This document shows, piece by piece, positions 15,001 through 28,528 of a stretch of DNA of 64,000 nt. The position numbers were made by a program, and so were the translations under genes. The notes beneath the pieces are model-generated. The model was not told where the DNA came from. It searched no databases and saw only the letters and a list, made by a program, of their open reading frames with translations. Each line of letters opens with the position of its first letter. The first letter of the stretch is position 1. Source of the DNA: Macrostomum hystrix (lineage: Eukaryota > Animalia > Platyhelminthes); contig CATNEN010000005.1 of the NCBI GenBank assembly GCA_950097015.1, forward strand, positions 2,418,001 to 2,482,000, in the 5' to 3' direction.

Positions 15001-18000
15001 ATTCTAGCTATTCTCCTGGATACTGTAGACTAGACTAGCAATCCATTCTAGCTATTCTCCTGGATATTGCAGACTAGACTAGCAATCCATTCTAGCTATT
15101 CTCCTGGATATTGTAGACTAGACTAGCAATCCATTCTAGCTATTCTCCTGGATATTGTAGGCTAGACTAGCAATCCATTCTAGCTATTCTCCTGGATATT
15201 GTAGACTAGACTAGCAATCCATTCTAGCTATTCTCCTGGATACTGTAGACTAGACTAGCAATCCATTCTAGCTATTCTCCTGGATATTGTAGACTAGACT
15301 AGCAATCCATTCTAGCTATTCTCCTGGATACTGTAGACTAGACTAGCAATCCAATCTTGATATTCTCCTGGATATTGCAGACTAGACTAGCAATCCAATC
15401 TAGCTATTCTCCTGGATACTGTAGACTAGACTAGCAATCCAATCTAGCTATTCTCCTGGATATTGCAGACTAGACTAGCAATCCATTCTAGCTATTCTCC
15501 TGGATATTGCAGACTAGACTAGCAATCCATTCTAGCTATTCTCCTGGATATTGTAGACTAGACTAGCAATCCATTCTAGCTATTCTCCTGGATACTGTAG
15601 ACTAGACTAGCAATCCATTCTAGCTATTCTCCTGGATATTGCAGACTAGACTAGCAATCCATTCTAGCTATTCTCCTGGATATTGCAGACTAGACTAGCA
15701 ATCCATTCTAGCTATTCTCCTGGATATTGCAGACTAGACTAGCAATCCATTCTAGCTATTCTCCTGGATATTGTAGACTAGACTAGCAATCCATTCTAGC
15801 TATTCTCCTGGATATTGTAGACTAGACTAGCAATCCATTCTAGCTATTCTCCTGGATATTGTAGGCTAGACTAGCAATCCATTCTAGCTATTCTCCTGGA
15901 TACTGTAGACTAGACTAGCAATCCATTCTAGCTATTCTCCTGGATATTGTAGACTAGACTAGCAATCCATTCTAGCTATTCTCCTGGATATTGTAGACTA
16001 GACTAGCAATCCATTCTAGCTATTCTCCTGGATATTGTAGGCTAGACTAGCAATCCATTCTAGCTATTCTCCTGGATACTGTAGACTAGACTAGCAATCC
16101 ATTCTAGCTATTCTCCTGGATACTGTAGACTAGACTAGCAATCCATTCTAGCTATTCTCCTGGATATTGCAGACTAGACTAGCAATCCATTCTAGCTATT
16201 CTCCTGGATATTGTAGACTAGACTAGCAATCCATTCTAGCTATTCTCCTGGATATTGCAGACTAGACTAGCAATCCATTCTTGATATTCTCCTGGATATT
16301 GCAGACTAGACTAGCAATCCATTCTAGCTATTCTCCTGGATATTGTAGACTAGACTAGCAATCCATTCTAGCTATTCTCCCGGATACTGTAGGCTAGACT
16401 AGCAATCCAATCTAGCTATTCTCCTGGATATTGCAGACTAGACTAGCAATCCATTCTAGCTATTCTCCTGGATATTGCAGACTAGACTAGCAATCCATTC
16501 TAGCTATTCTCCTGGATATTGTAGACTAGACTAGCAATCCATTCTAGCAATTCTCCTGGATATTGTAGACTAGACTAGCAATCCATTCTAGCTATTCTCC
16601 TGGATATTGCAGACTAGACTAGCAATCCATTCTAGCTATTCTCCTGGATACTGCAGACTAGACTAGCAATCCATTCTAGCTATTCTCCTGGATATTGCAG
16701 ACTAGACTAGCAATCCATTCTTGATATTCTCCTGGATATTGCAGACTAGACTAGCAATCCATTCTTGATATTCTCCTGGATATTGCAGACTAGACTAGCA
16801 ATCCATTCTAGCTATTCTCCTGGATATTGCAGACTAGACTAGCAATCCATTCTTGATATTCTCCTGGATATTGCAGACTAGACTAGCAATCCATTCTAGC
16901 TATTCTCCTGGATACTGTAGACTAGACTAGCAATCCATTCTAGCTATTCTCCTGGATATTGCAGACTAGACTAGCAATCCATTCTAGCTATTCTCCTGGA
17001 TACTGTAGACTAGACTAGCAATCCATTCTAGCTATTCTCCTGGATATTGCAGACTAGACTAGCAATCCATTCTAGCTATTCTCCTGGATATTGTAGACTA
17101 GACTAGCAATCCATTCTAGCTATTCTCCTGGATATTGCAGACTAGACTAGCAATCCATTCAAGCTATTCTCCTGGATACTGTAGACTAGACTAGCAATCC
17201 AATCTAGCTATTCTCCTGGATACTGTAGACTAGACTAGCAATCCATTCTAGCTATTCTCCTGGATATTGCAGACTAGACTAGCAATCCATTCTAGCTATT
17301 CTCCTGGATACTGAAGAACAGACTAGCAATCCATTCTAGCTATTCTCCTGGATATTGCAGACTAGACTAGCAATCCATTCTAGCTATTCTCCTGGATATT
17401 GCAGAACAGACTAGCAATCCATTCTAGCTATTCTCCTGGATATTGCAGACTAGACTAGCAATCCATTCTAGCTATTCTCCTGGACACTGTAGGCTAGACT
17501 AGCAATCCATTCTAGCTATTCTCCTGGATACTGTAGACTAGACTAGCAATCCATTCTAGCTATTCTCCTGGATATTGTAGACTAGACTAGCAATCCATTC
17601 TAGCTATTCTCCTGGATATTGCAGACTAGACTAGCAATCCATTCTTGATATTCTCCTGGATACTGCAGACTAGACTAGCAATCCATTCAAGCTATTCTCC
17701 TGGATATTGCAGACTAGACTAGCAATCCATTCTAGCTATTCTCCTGGATACTGCAGACTAGACTAGCAATCCATTCTAGCTATTCTCCTGGATATTGTAG
17801 ACTAGACTAGCAATCCATTCTAGCTATTCTCCTGGATATTGCAGACTAGACTAGCAATCCATTCTAGCTATTCTCCTGGATATTGCAGACTAGACTAGCA
17901 ATCCATTCTAGCTATTCTCCTGGATACTGTAGACTAGACTAGCAATCCATTCTAGCTATTCTCCTGGATACTGTAGACTAGACTAGCAATCCATTCTAGC

Positions 18001-21000
18001 TATTCTCCTGGATATTGCAGACTAGACTAGCAATCCATTCTAGCTATTCTCCTGGATATTGTAGACTAGACTAGCAATCCATTCTAGCTATTCTCCTGGA
18101 TATTGCAGACTAGACTAGCAATCCATTCTAGCTATTCTCCTGGATATTGCAGACTAGACTAGCAATCCATTCTAGCTATTCTCCTGGATACTGTAGACTA
18201 GACTAGCAATCCATTCTAGCTATTCTCCTGGATATTGCAGACTAGACTAGCAATCCAATCTAGCTATTCTCCTGGATACTGCAGACTAGACTAGCAATCC
18301 ATTCTAGCTATTCTCCTGGATATTGTAGACTAGACTAGCAATCCATTCTAGCTATTCTCCTGGATATTGCAGACTAGACTAGCAATCCATTCTAGCTATT
18401 CTCCTGGATATTGCAGACTAGACTAGCAATCCATTCTAGCTATTCTCCTGGATACTGTAGACTAGACTAGCAATCCATTCTAGCTATTCTCCTGGATATT
18501 GCAGACTAGACTAGCAATCCAATCTAGCTATTCTCCTGGATATTGCAGACTAGACTAGCAATCCATTCTAGCTATTCTCCTGGATATTGTAGACTAGACT
18601 AGCAATCCAATCTAGCTATTCTCCTGGATACTGTAGACTAGACTAGCAATCCATTCTAGCTATTCTCCTGGATATTGCAGACTAGACTAGCAATCCATTC
18701 TAGCTATTCTCCTGGATATTGCAGACTAGACTAGCAATCCATTCTAGCTATTCTCCTGGATATTGCAGACTAGACTAGCAATCCATTCTAGCTATTCTCC
18801 TGGATATTGTAGACTAGACTAGCAATCCAATCTAGCTATTCTCCTGGATACTGTAGACTAGACTAGCAATCCATTCTAGCTATTCTCCTGGATATTGTAG
18901 ACTAGACTAGCAATCCATTCTAGCTATTCTCCTGGATATTGCAGACTAGACTAGCAATCCAATCTAGCTATTCTCCTGGATATTGCAGACTAGACTAGCA
19001 ATCCATTCTAGCTATTCTCCTGGATATTGCAGACTAGACTAGCAATCCAATCTAGCTATTCTCCTGGATATTGCAGACTAGACTAGCAATCCATTCTAGC
19101 TATTCTCCTGGATATTGCAGACTAGACTAGCAATCCAATCTTGATATTCTCCTGGATATTGCAGACTAGACTAGCAATCCATTCTAGCTATTCTCCTGGA
19201 TATTGCAGACTAGACTAGCAATCCATTCTAGCTATTCTCCTGGATACTGTAGACTAGACTAGCAATCCATTCTAGCTATTCTCCTGGATACTGTAGACTA
19301 GACTAGCAATCCATTCTAGCTATTCTCCTGGATATTGCAGACTAGACTAGCAATCCATTCTAGCTATTCTCCTGGATATTGCAGACTAGACTAGCAATCC
19401 ATTCAAGCTATTCTCCTGGATACTGTAGACTAGACTAGCAATCCAATCTAGCTATTCTCCTGGATACTGTAGACTAGACTAGCAATCCATTCTAGCTATT
19501 CTCCTGGATATTGTAGACTAGACTAGCAATCCATTCTAGCTATTCTCCTGGATACTGAAGAACAGACTAGCAATCCATTCTAGCTATTCTCCTGGATATT
19601 GCAGACTAGACTAGCAATCCATTCTAGCTATTCTCCTGGATATTGCAGAACAGACTAGCAATCCATTCTAGCTATTCTCCTGGATATTGCAGACTAGACT
19701 AGCAATCCATTCTAGCTATTCTCCTGGACACTGTAGGCTAGACTAGCAATCCATTCTAGCTATTCTCCTGGATACTGTAGACTAGACTAGCAATCCATTC
19801 TAGCTATTCTCCTGGATATTGTAGACTAGACTAGCAATCCATTCTAGCTATTCTCCTGGATATTGCAGACTAGACTAGCAATCCATTCTTGATATTCTCC
19901 TGGATACTGCAGACTAGACTAGCAATCCATTCAAGCTATTCTCCTGGATATTGCAGACTAGACTAGCAATCCATTCTAGCTATTCTCCTGGATATTGCAG
20001 ACTAGACTAGCAATCCATTCTAGCTATTCTCCTGGATACTGTAGACTAGACTAGCAATCCATTCTAGCTATTCTCCTGGATACTGTAGACTAGACTAGCA
20101 ATCCATTCTAGCTATTCTCCTGGATATTGCAGACTAGACTAGCAATCCATTCTAGCTATTCTCCTGGATATTGTAGACTAGACTAGCAATCCATTCTAGC
20201 TATTCTCCTGGATATTGTAGGCTAGACTAGCAATCCATTCTAGCTATTCTCCTGGATATTGTAGACTAGACTAGCAATCCATTCTAGCTATTCTCCTGGA
20301 TACTGTAGACTAGACTAGCAATCCATTCTAGCTATTCTCCTGGATATTGTAGACTAGACTAGCAATCCATTCTAGCTATTCTCCTGGATACTGTAGACTA
20401 GACTAGCAATCCAATCTTGATATTCTCCTGGATATTGCAGACTAGACTAGCAATCCAATCTAGCTATTCTCCTGGATACTGTAGACTAGACTAGCAATCC
20501 AATCTTGATATTCTCCTGGATATTGCAGACTAGACTAGCAATCCAATCTAGCTATTCTCCTGGATATTGCAGACTAGACTAGCAATCCATTCTAGCTATT
20601 CTCCTGGATATTGCAGACTAGACTAGCAATCCATTCTAGCTATTCTCCTGGATATTGTAGACTAGACTAGCAATCCATTCTAGCTATTCTCCTGGATACT
20701 GTAGACTAGACTAGCAATCCATTCTAGCTATTCTCCTGGATATTGCAGACTAGACTAGCAATCCATTCTAGCTATTCTCCTGGATATTGCAGACTAGACT
20801 AGCAATCCATTCTAGCTATTCTCCTGGATATTGCAGACTAGACTAGCAATCCATTCTAGCTATTCTCCTGGATATTGTAGACTAGACTAGCAATCCATTC
20901 TAGCTATTCTCCTGGATATTGTAGGCTAGACTAGCAATCCATTCTAGCTATTCTCCTGGATACTGTAGACTAGACTAGCAATCCATTCTAGCTATTCTCC

Positions 21001-24000
21001 TGGATATTGTAGACTAGACTAGCAATCCATTCTAGCTATTCTCCTGGATATTGTAGACTAGACTAGCAATCCATTCTAGCTATTCTCCTGGATATTGTAG
21101 GCTAGACTAGCAATCCATTCTAGCTATTCTCCTGGATACTGTAGACTAGACTAGCAATCCATTCTAGCTATTCTCCTGGATACTGTAGACTAGACTAGCA
21201 ATCCATTCTAGCTATTCTCCTGGATATTGCAGACTAGACTAGCAATCCATTCTAGCTATTCTCCTGGATATTGTAGACTAGACTAGCAATCCATTCTAGC
21301 TATTCTCCTGGATATTGCAGACTAGACTAGCAATCCATTCTTGATATTCTCCTGGATATTGCAGACTAGACTAGCAATCCATTCTAGCTATTCTCCTGGA
21401 TATTGTAGACTAGACTAGCAATCCATTCTAGCTATTCTCCCGGATACTGTAGGCTAGACTAGCAATCCAATCTAGCTATTCTCCTGGATATTGCAGACTA
21501 GACTAGCAATCCATTCTAGCTATTCTCCTGGATATTGCAGACTAGACTAGCAATCCATTCTAGCTATTCTCCTGGATATTGTAGACTAGACTAGCAATCC
21601 ATTCTAGCAATTCTCCTGGATATTGTAGACTAGACTAGCAATCCATTCTAGCTATTCTCCTGGATATTGCAGACTAGACTAGCAATCCATTCTAGCTATT
21701 CTCCTGGATACTGCAGACTAGACTAGCAATCCATTCTAGCTATTCTCCTGGATATTGCAGACTAGACTAGCAATCCATTCTTGATATTCTCCTGGATATT
21801 GCAGACTAGACTAGCAATCCATTCTTGATATTCTCCTGGATATTGCAGACTAGACTAGCAATCCATTCTAGCTATTCTCCTGGATATTGCAGACTAGACT
21901 AGCAATCCATTCTTGATATTCTCCTGGATATTGCAGACTAGACTAGCAATCCATTCTAGCTATTCTCCTGGATACTGTAGACTAGACTAGCAATCCATTC
22001 TAGCTATTCTCCTGGATATTGCAGACTAGACTAGCAATCCATTCTAGCTATTCTCCTGGATACTGTAGACTAGACTAGCAATCCATTCTAGCTATTCTCC
22101 TGGATATTGCAGACTAGACTAGCAATCCATTCTAGCTATTCTCCTGGATATTGTAGACTAGACTAGCAATCCATTCTAGCTATTCTCCTGGATATTGCAG
22201 ACTAGACTAGCAATCCATTCTAGCTATTCTCCTGGATATTGTAGACTAGACTAGCAATCCATTCTAGCTATTCTCCTGGATATTGCAGACTAGACTAGCA
22301 ATCCATTCTAGCTATTCTCCTGGATATTGTAGACTAGACTAGCAATCCATTCTAGCTATTCTCCTGGATATTGTAGACTAGACTAGCAATCCATTCTAGC
22401 TATTCTCCTGGATACTGTAGACTAGACTAGCAATCCATTCTAGCTATTCTCCTGGATATTGCAGACTAGACTAGCAATCCATTCTTGATATTCTCCTGGA
22501 TATTGCAGACTAGACTAGCAATCCATTCTAGCTATTCTCCTGGATACTGTAGACTAGACTAGCAATCCATTCTAGCTATTCTCCTGGATATTGCAGACTA
22601 GACTAGCAATCCATTCAAGCTATTCTCCTGGATATTGCAGACTAGACTAGCAATCCATTCTAGCTATTCTCTTGGATATTGCAGACTAGACTAGCAATCC
22701 ATTCTAGCTATTCTCCTGGATACTGTAGACTAGACTAGCAATCCATTCTAGCTATTCTCCTGGATACTGTAGACTAGACTAGCAATCCATTCTAGCTATT
22801 CTCCTGGATATTGCAGACTAGACTAGCAATCCATTCTAGCTATTCTCCTGGATACTGTAGACTAGACTAGCAATCCATTCTAGCTATTCTCCTGGATATT
22901 GCAGACTAGACTAGCAATCCAATCTAGCTATTCTCCTGGATATTGCAGACTAGACTAGCAATCCATTCTAGCTATTCTCCTGGATATTGCAGACTAGACT
23001 AGCAATCCAATCTTGATATTCTCCTGGATACTGAAGAACAGACTAGCAATCCATTCTAGCTATTCTCCTGGATATTGTAGACTAGACTAGCAATCCATTC
23101 TAGCTATTCTCCTGGATATTGCAGACTAGACTAGCAATCCATTCTAGCTATTCTCCTGGATATTGCAGACTAGACTAGCAATCCAATCTTGATATTCTCC
23201 TGGATACTGAAGAACAGACTAGCAATCCATTCTAGCTATTCTCCTGGATATTGTAGACTAGACTAGCAATCCATTCTAGCTATTCTCCTGGATATTGCAG
23301 ACTAGACTAGCAATCCATTCTAGCTATTCTCCTGGATATTGCAGACTAGACTAGCAATCCATTCTAGCTATTCTCCTGGATATTGCAGACTAGACTAGCA
23401 ATCCAATCTAGCTATTCTCCTGGATACTGTAGGCTAGACTAGCAATCCATTCTAGCTATTCTCCTGGATACTGTAGACTAGACTAGCAATCCATTCTAGC
23501 TATTCTCCTGGATATTGCAGACTAGACTAGCAATCCATTCAAGCTATTCTCCTGGATATTGTAGACTAGACTAGCAATCCATTCTAGCTATTCTCCTGGA
23601 TATTGCAGACTAGACTAGCAATCCATTCAAGCTATTCTCCTGGATACTGTAGACTAGACTAGCAATCCATTCTAGCTATTCTCCTGGATATTGTAGACTA
23701 GACTAGCAATCCATTCTAGCTATTCTCCTGGATATTGCAGACTAGACTAGCAATCCAATCTAGCTATTCTCCTGGATACTGTAGGCTAGACTAGCAATCC
23801 ATTCTAGCTATTCTCCTGGATATTGCAGACTAGACTAGCAATCCATTCTAGCTATTCTCCTGGATATTGCAGACTAGACTAGCAATCCAATCTTGATATT
23901 CTCCTGGATACTGAAGAACAGACTAGCAATCCATTCTAGCTATTCTCCTGGATATTGTAGACTAGACTAGCAATCCATTCTAGCTATTCTCCTGGATATT

Positions 24001-27000
24001 GCAGACTAGACTAGCAATCCATTCTAGCTATTCTCCTGGATATTGCAGACTAGACTAGCAATCCATTCTAGCTATTCTCCTGGATATTGCAGACTAGACT
24101 AGCAATCCAATCTAGCTATTCTCCTGGATATTGCAGACTAGACTAGCAATCCATTCTAGCTATTCTCCTGGATATTGTAGACTAGACTAGCAATCCATTC
24201 TTGATATTCTCCTGGATATTGCAGACTAGACTAGCAATCCATTCTAGCTATTCTCCTGGATACTGTAGGCTAGACTAGCAATCCATTCTAGCTATTCTCC
24301 TGGATACTGTAGACTAGACTAGCAATCCATTCTAGCTATTCTCCTGGATATTGCAGACTAGACTAGCAATCCATTCAAGCTATTCTCCTGGATATTGTAG
24401 ACTAGACTAGCAATCCATTCTAGCTATTCTCCTGGATATTGCAGACTAGACTAGCAATCCATTCAAGCTATTCTCCTGGATACTGTAGACTAGACTAGCA
24501 ATCCATTCTAGCTATTCTCCTGGATATTGTAGACTAGACTAGCAATCCATTCTAGCTATTCTCCAGGATATTGCAGACTAGACTAGCAATCCATTCTAGC
24601 TATTCTCCTGGATATTGTAGACTAGACTAGCAAGCCATTCTAGCTATTCTCCTGGATATTGCAGACTAGACTAGCAATCCATTCTAGCTATTCTCCTGGA
24701 TACTCTAGACTAGACTAGCAATCCATTCTAGCTATTCTCCTGGATATTGCAGACTAGACTAGCAATCCATTCTAGCTATTCTCCTGGATATTGTAGACTA
24801 GACTAGCAAGCCATTCTAGCTATTCTCCTGGATATTGCAGACTAGACTAGCAATCCATTCTAGCTATTCTCCTGGATACTGCAGACTAGACTAGCAATCC
24901 ATTCTAGCTATTCTCCTGGATATTGCAGACTAGACTAGCAATCCATTCAAGCTATTCTCCTGGATACTGTAGACTAGACTAGCAATCCATTCTAGCTATT
25001 CTCCTGGATATTGTAGACTAGACTAGCAATCCATTCTAGCTATTCTCCTGGATACTCTAGACTAGCAATCCATTCTAGCTATTCTCCTGGATACTGTAGA
25101 CTAGACTAGCAATCCATTCTAGCTATTCTCCTGGATATTGTAGACTAGACTAGCAATCCATTCTAGCTATTCTCCTGGATACTGCAGACTAGACTAGCAA
25201 TCCATTCTAGCTATTCTCCTGGATACTCTAGACTAGACTAGCAAGCCATTCTAGCTATTCTCCTGGATACTGTAGGCTAGACTAGCAATCCATTCTAGCT
25301 ATTCTCCTGGATATTGAAGAACAGACTAGCAATCCATTCTAGCTATTCTCCTGGATATTGCAGACTAGACTAGCAATCCATTCTAGCTATTCTCCTGGAT
25401 ATTGCAGACTAGACTAGCAATCCATTCTAGCTATTCTCCTGGATATTGCAGACTAGACTAGCAATCCAATCTAGCTATTCTCCTGGATATTGCAGACTAG
25501 ACTAGCAATCCAATCTAGCTATTCTCCTGGATATTGTAGACTAGACTAGCAATCCATTCTAGCTATTCTCCTGGATATTGCAGACTAGACTAGCAATCCA
25601 TTCTAGCTATTCTCCTGGATATTGAAGAACAGACTAGCAATCCATTCTAGCTATTCTCCTGGATATTGCAGACTAGACTAGCAATCCATTCTAGCTATTC
25701 TCCTGGATATTGCAGACTAGACTAGCAATCCATTCTAGCTATTCTCCTGGATATTGCAGACTAGACTAGCAATCCAATCTAGCTATTCTCCTGGATATTG
25801 TAGACTAGACTAGCAATCCATTCTAGCTATTCTCCTGGATATTGCAGACTAGACTAGCAATCCAATCTAGCTATTCTCCTGGATATTGCAGACTAGACTA
25901 GCAATCCAATCTAGCTATTCTCCTGGATATTGTAGACTAGACTAGCAATCCATTCTAGCTATTCTCCTGGATACTGTAGACTAGACTAGCAATCCATTCT
26001 AGCTATTCTCCTGGATATTGCAGACTAGACTAGCAATCCATTCTAGCTATTCTCCTGGATATTGTACGCTAGACTAGCAAGCCATTCTAGCTATTCTCCT
26101 GGATATTGTAGGCTAGACTAGCAATCCATTCTAGCTATTCTCCTGGATATTGTAGGCTAGACTAGCAATCCATTCTAGCTATTCTCCTGGATACTGTAGA
26201 CTAGACTAGCAATCCATTCTAGCTATTCTCCTGGATATTGCAGACTAGACTAGCAATCCATTCTAGCTATTCTCCTGGATATTGCAGACTAGACTAGCAA
26301 TCCATTCTAGCTATTCTCCTGGATACTGTAGACTAGACTAGCAATCCATTCTAGCTATTCTCCTGGATATTGCAGACTAGACTAGCAATCCATTCTAGCT
26401 ATTCTCCTGGATATTGTAGACTAGACTAGCAATCCAATCTAGCTATTCTCCTGGATATTGCAGACTAGACTAGCAATCCAATCTAGCTATTCTCCTGGAT
26501 ACTGTAGACTAGACTAGCAAGCCATTCTAGCTATTCTCCTGGATACTGTAGGCTAGACTAGCAATCCATTCTAGCTATTCTCCTGGATATTGAAGAACAG
26601 ACTAGCAATCCATTCTAGCTATTCTCCTGGATATTGCAGACTAGACTAGCAATCCATTCTAGCTATTCTCCTGGATATTGCAGACTAGACTAGCAATCCA
26701 TTCTAGCTATTCTCCTGGATATTGTAGACTAGACTAGCAATCCATTCTAGCTATTCTCCTGGATACTGTAGACTAGACTAGCAATCCATTCTAGCTATTC
26801 TCCTGGATATTGCAGACTAGACTAGCAATCCATTCTAGCTATTCTCCTGGATACTGTAGACTAGACTAGCAATCCTTTCTAGCTATTCTCCTGGATATTG
26901 CAGACTAGACTAGCAATCCATTCTAGCTATTCTCCTGGATATTGTAGGCTAGACTAGCAATCCATTCTAGCTATTCTCCTGGATATTGTAGACTAGACTA

Positions 27001-27490
27001 GCAATCCAATCTTGATATTCTCCTGGATATTGCAGACTAGACTAGCAATCCATTCTAGCTATTCTCCTGGATATTGTAGACTAGACTAGCAATCCATTCT
27101 AGCTATTCTCCTGGATATTGTAGACTAGACTAGCAATCCATTCTAGCTATTCTCCTGGATATTGCAGACTAGACTAGCAATCCATTCTAGCTATTCTCCT
27201 GGATATTGTAGACTAGACTAGCAATCCATTCTAGCTATTCTCCTGGATATTGCAGACTAGACTAGCAATCCATTCTAGCTATTCTCCTGGATATTGTAGA
27301 CTAGACTAGCAATCCATTCTAGCTATTCTCCTGGATATTGTAGACTAGACTAGCAATCCATTCTAGCTATTCTCCTGGATATTGCAGACTAGACTAGCAA
27401 TCCATTCTAGCTATTCTCCTGGATATTGTAGACTAGACTAGCAATCCATTCTAGCTATTCTCCTGGATACTGAAGAACAGACTAGCAATC
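1..27490. repeat. 44-bp tandem satellite, ~625 monomers, runs off the left edge of the window
   Basis: Unit CCATTCTAGCTATTCTCCTGGATA(C/T)TG(T/C)AGACTAGACTAGCAAT is repeated almost perfectly. Recurrent variants include GAAGAACAGAC, CTTGATATT, CCAATC and GTAGGCTAG. The array ends abruptly at ~27490. Confidence 0.99.
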
Positions 27491-28528
27491 TAGTTTGCAA
27501 TTAAAATCTAGTTTTAAAAAGTCCCTTCCGTCAATTGAGAGGCCTACAGATCGGAAGTTTAAAAAAGGCGTTCACGAGAAACACTTGATCAATATTTTCA
27601 AGCAATATAACCGCCAAGTTATAAAAGTCAAAGAATACGATATACGGTATCATAGTCGGTGTACAACTTCACTCTTTCTTTCTCTTTGAAGTTTGAAGCT
27701 ATCCGATTCTTGAACCATGATTGCGTTTTCATCTTTCAGCTGGATGGGGGTGCCGCGATATCAGTTGGGGATCTGGGAGTTGATAAGAGAGGGTTAAAAT
27801 GGCTAGGAATTAGATAAAAAAAAAGTGGTTCACCAAATCGACAGCTTACACACACCAGTCTGAAGGCTATCATTCCGTAACGTTTTCTGCATAGCTAGCT
27901 TTCCAATCTGGTCTGATGTTAATATAACACTCGTGGATTACCGCTATAGAAAATACTAATTAACGATTAACGATCGCTTCACTAGATGTAGTATTAGAAG
28001 AGGCTGTGCATTTTAACACACACACACACTTGCATGAAATTCAGCATTATAAAAAGCATGCTTCCCATAATCTGTTCGATTTAGGGAAAAAAAACAAATA
28101 GGATTAGAAAGATCCTTAATAAGCTGAGGATTATATTGTCCCTATGACACGCATCAGGGAGAAAAAAGGTGTGTATCGAAATTAGAATTAGCTGATCTCG
28201 GCTAAAGATTGGGGAGTTGTAGAGGACCTACCAGAAAGAGTTGTTAAAATGCAGTTTTTTAGTATAACACAAGCTGTAGGCTTAAGCTAAAACGTGCTGG
28301 TTCGCCATATGCGGCACTGTATTTTGTTTCCATTTTTGTTATACAAAGTATAGTTAGTCGAATGGTAGAGAATCGAAGCTAGGAGAAATGCTTCTTGGAA
28401 AAATGGGAAAATTCAGATTCGATTTAAAAAATTGTGCTTTCGCTTTTGGTTCCTGCCATCTATAAGTTGTTACACCAGCAATTGTCAAGCCGAAAAAAGA
28501 ATAAAATGATTTTTAGAAGCCTATAAAC

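Noticed and set aside
27640-27735. Homeodomain-like WFKNR motif on the minus strand
   Set aside because: There is an in-frame stop just upstream, no helices 1-2 and no good acceptor, so it is likely chance.
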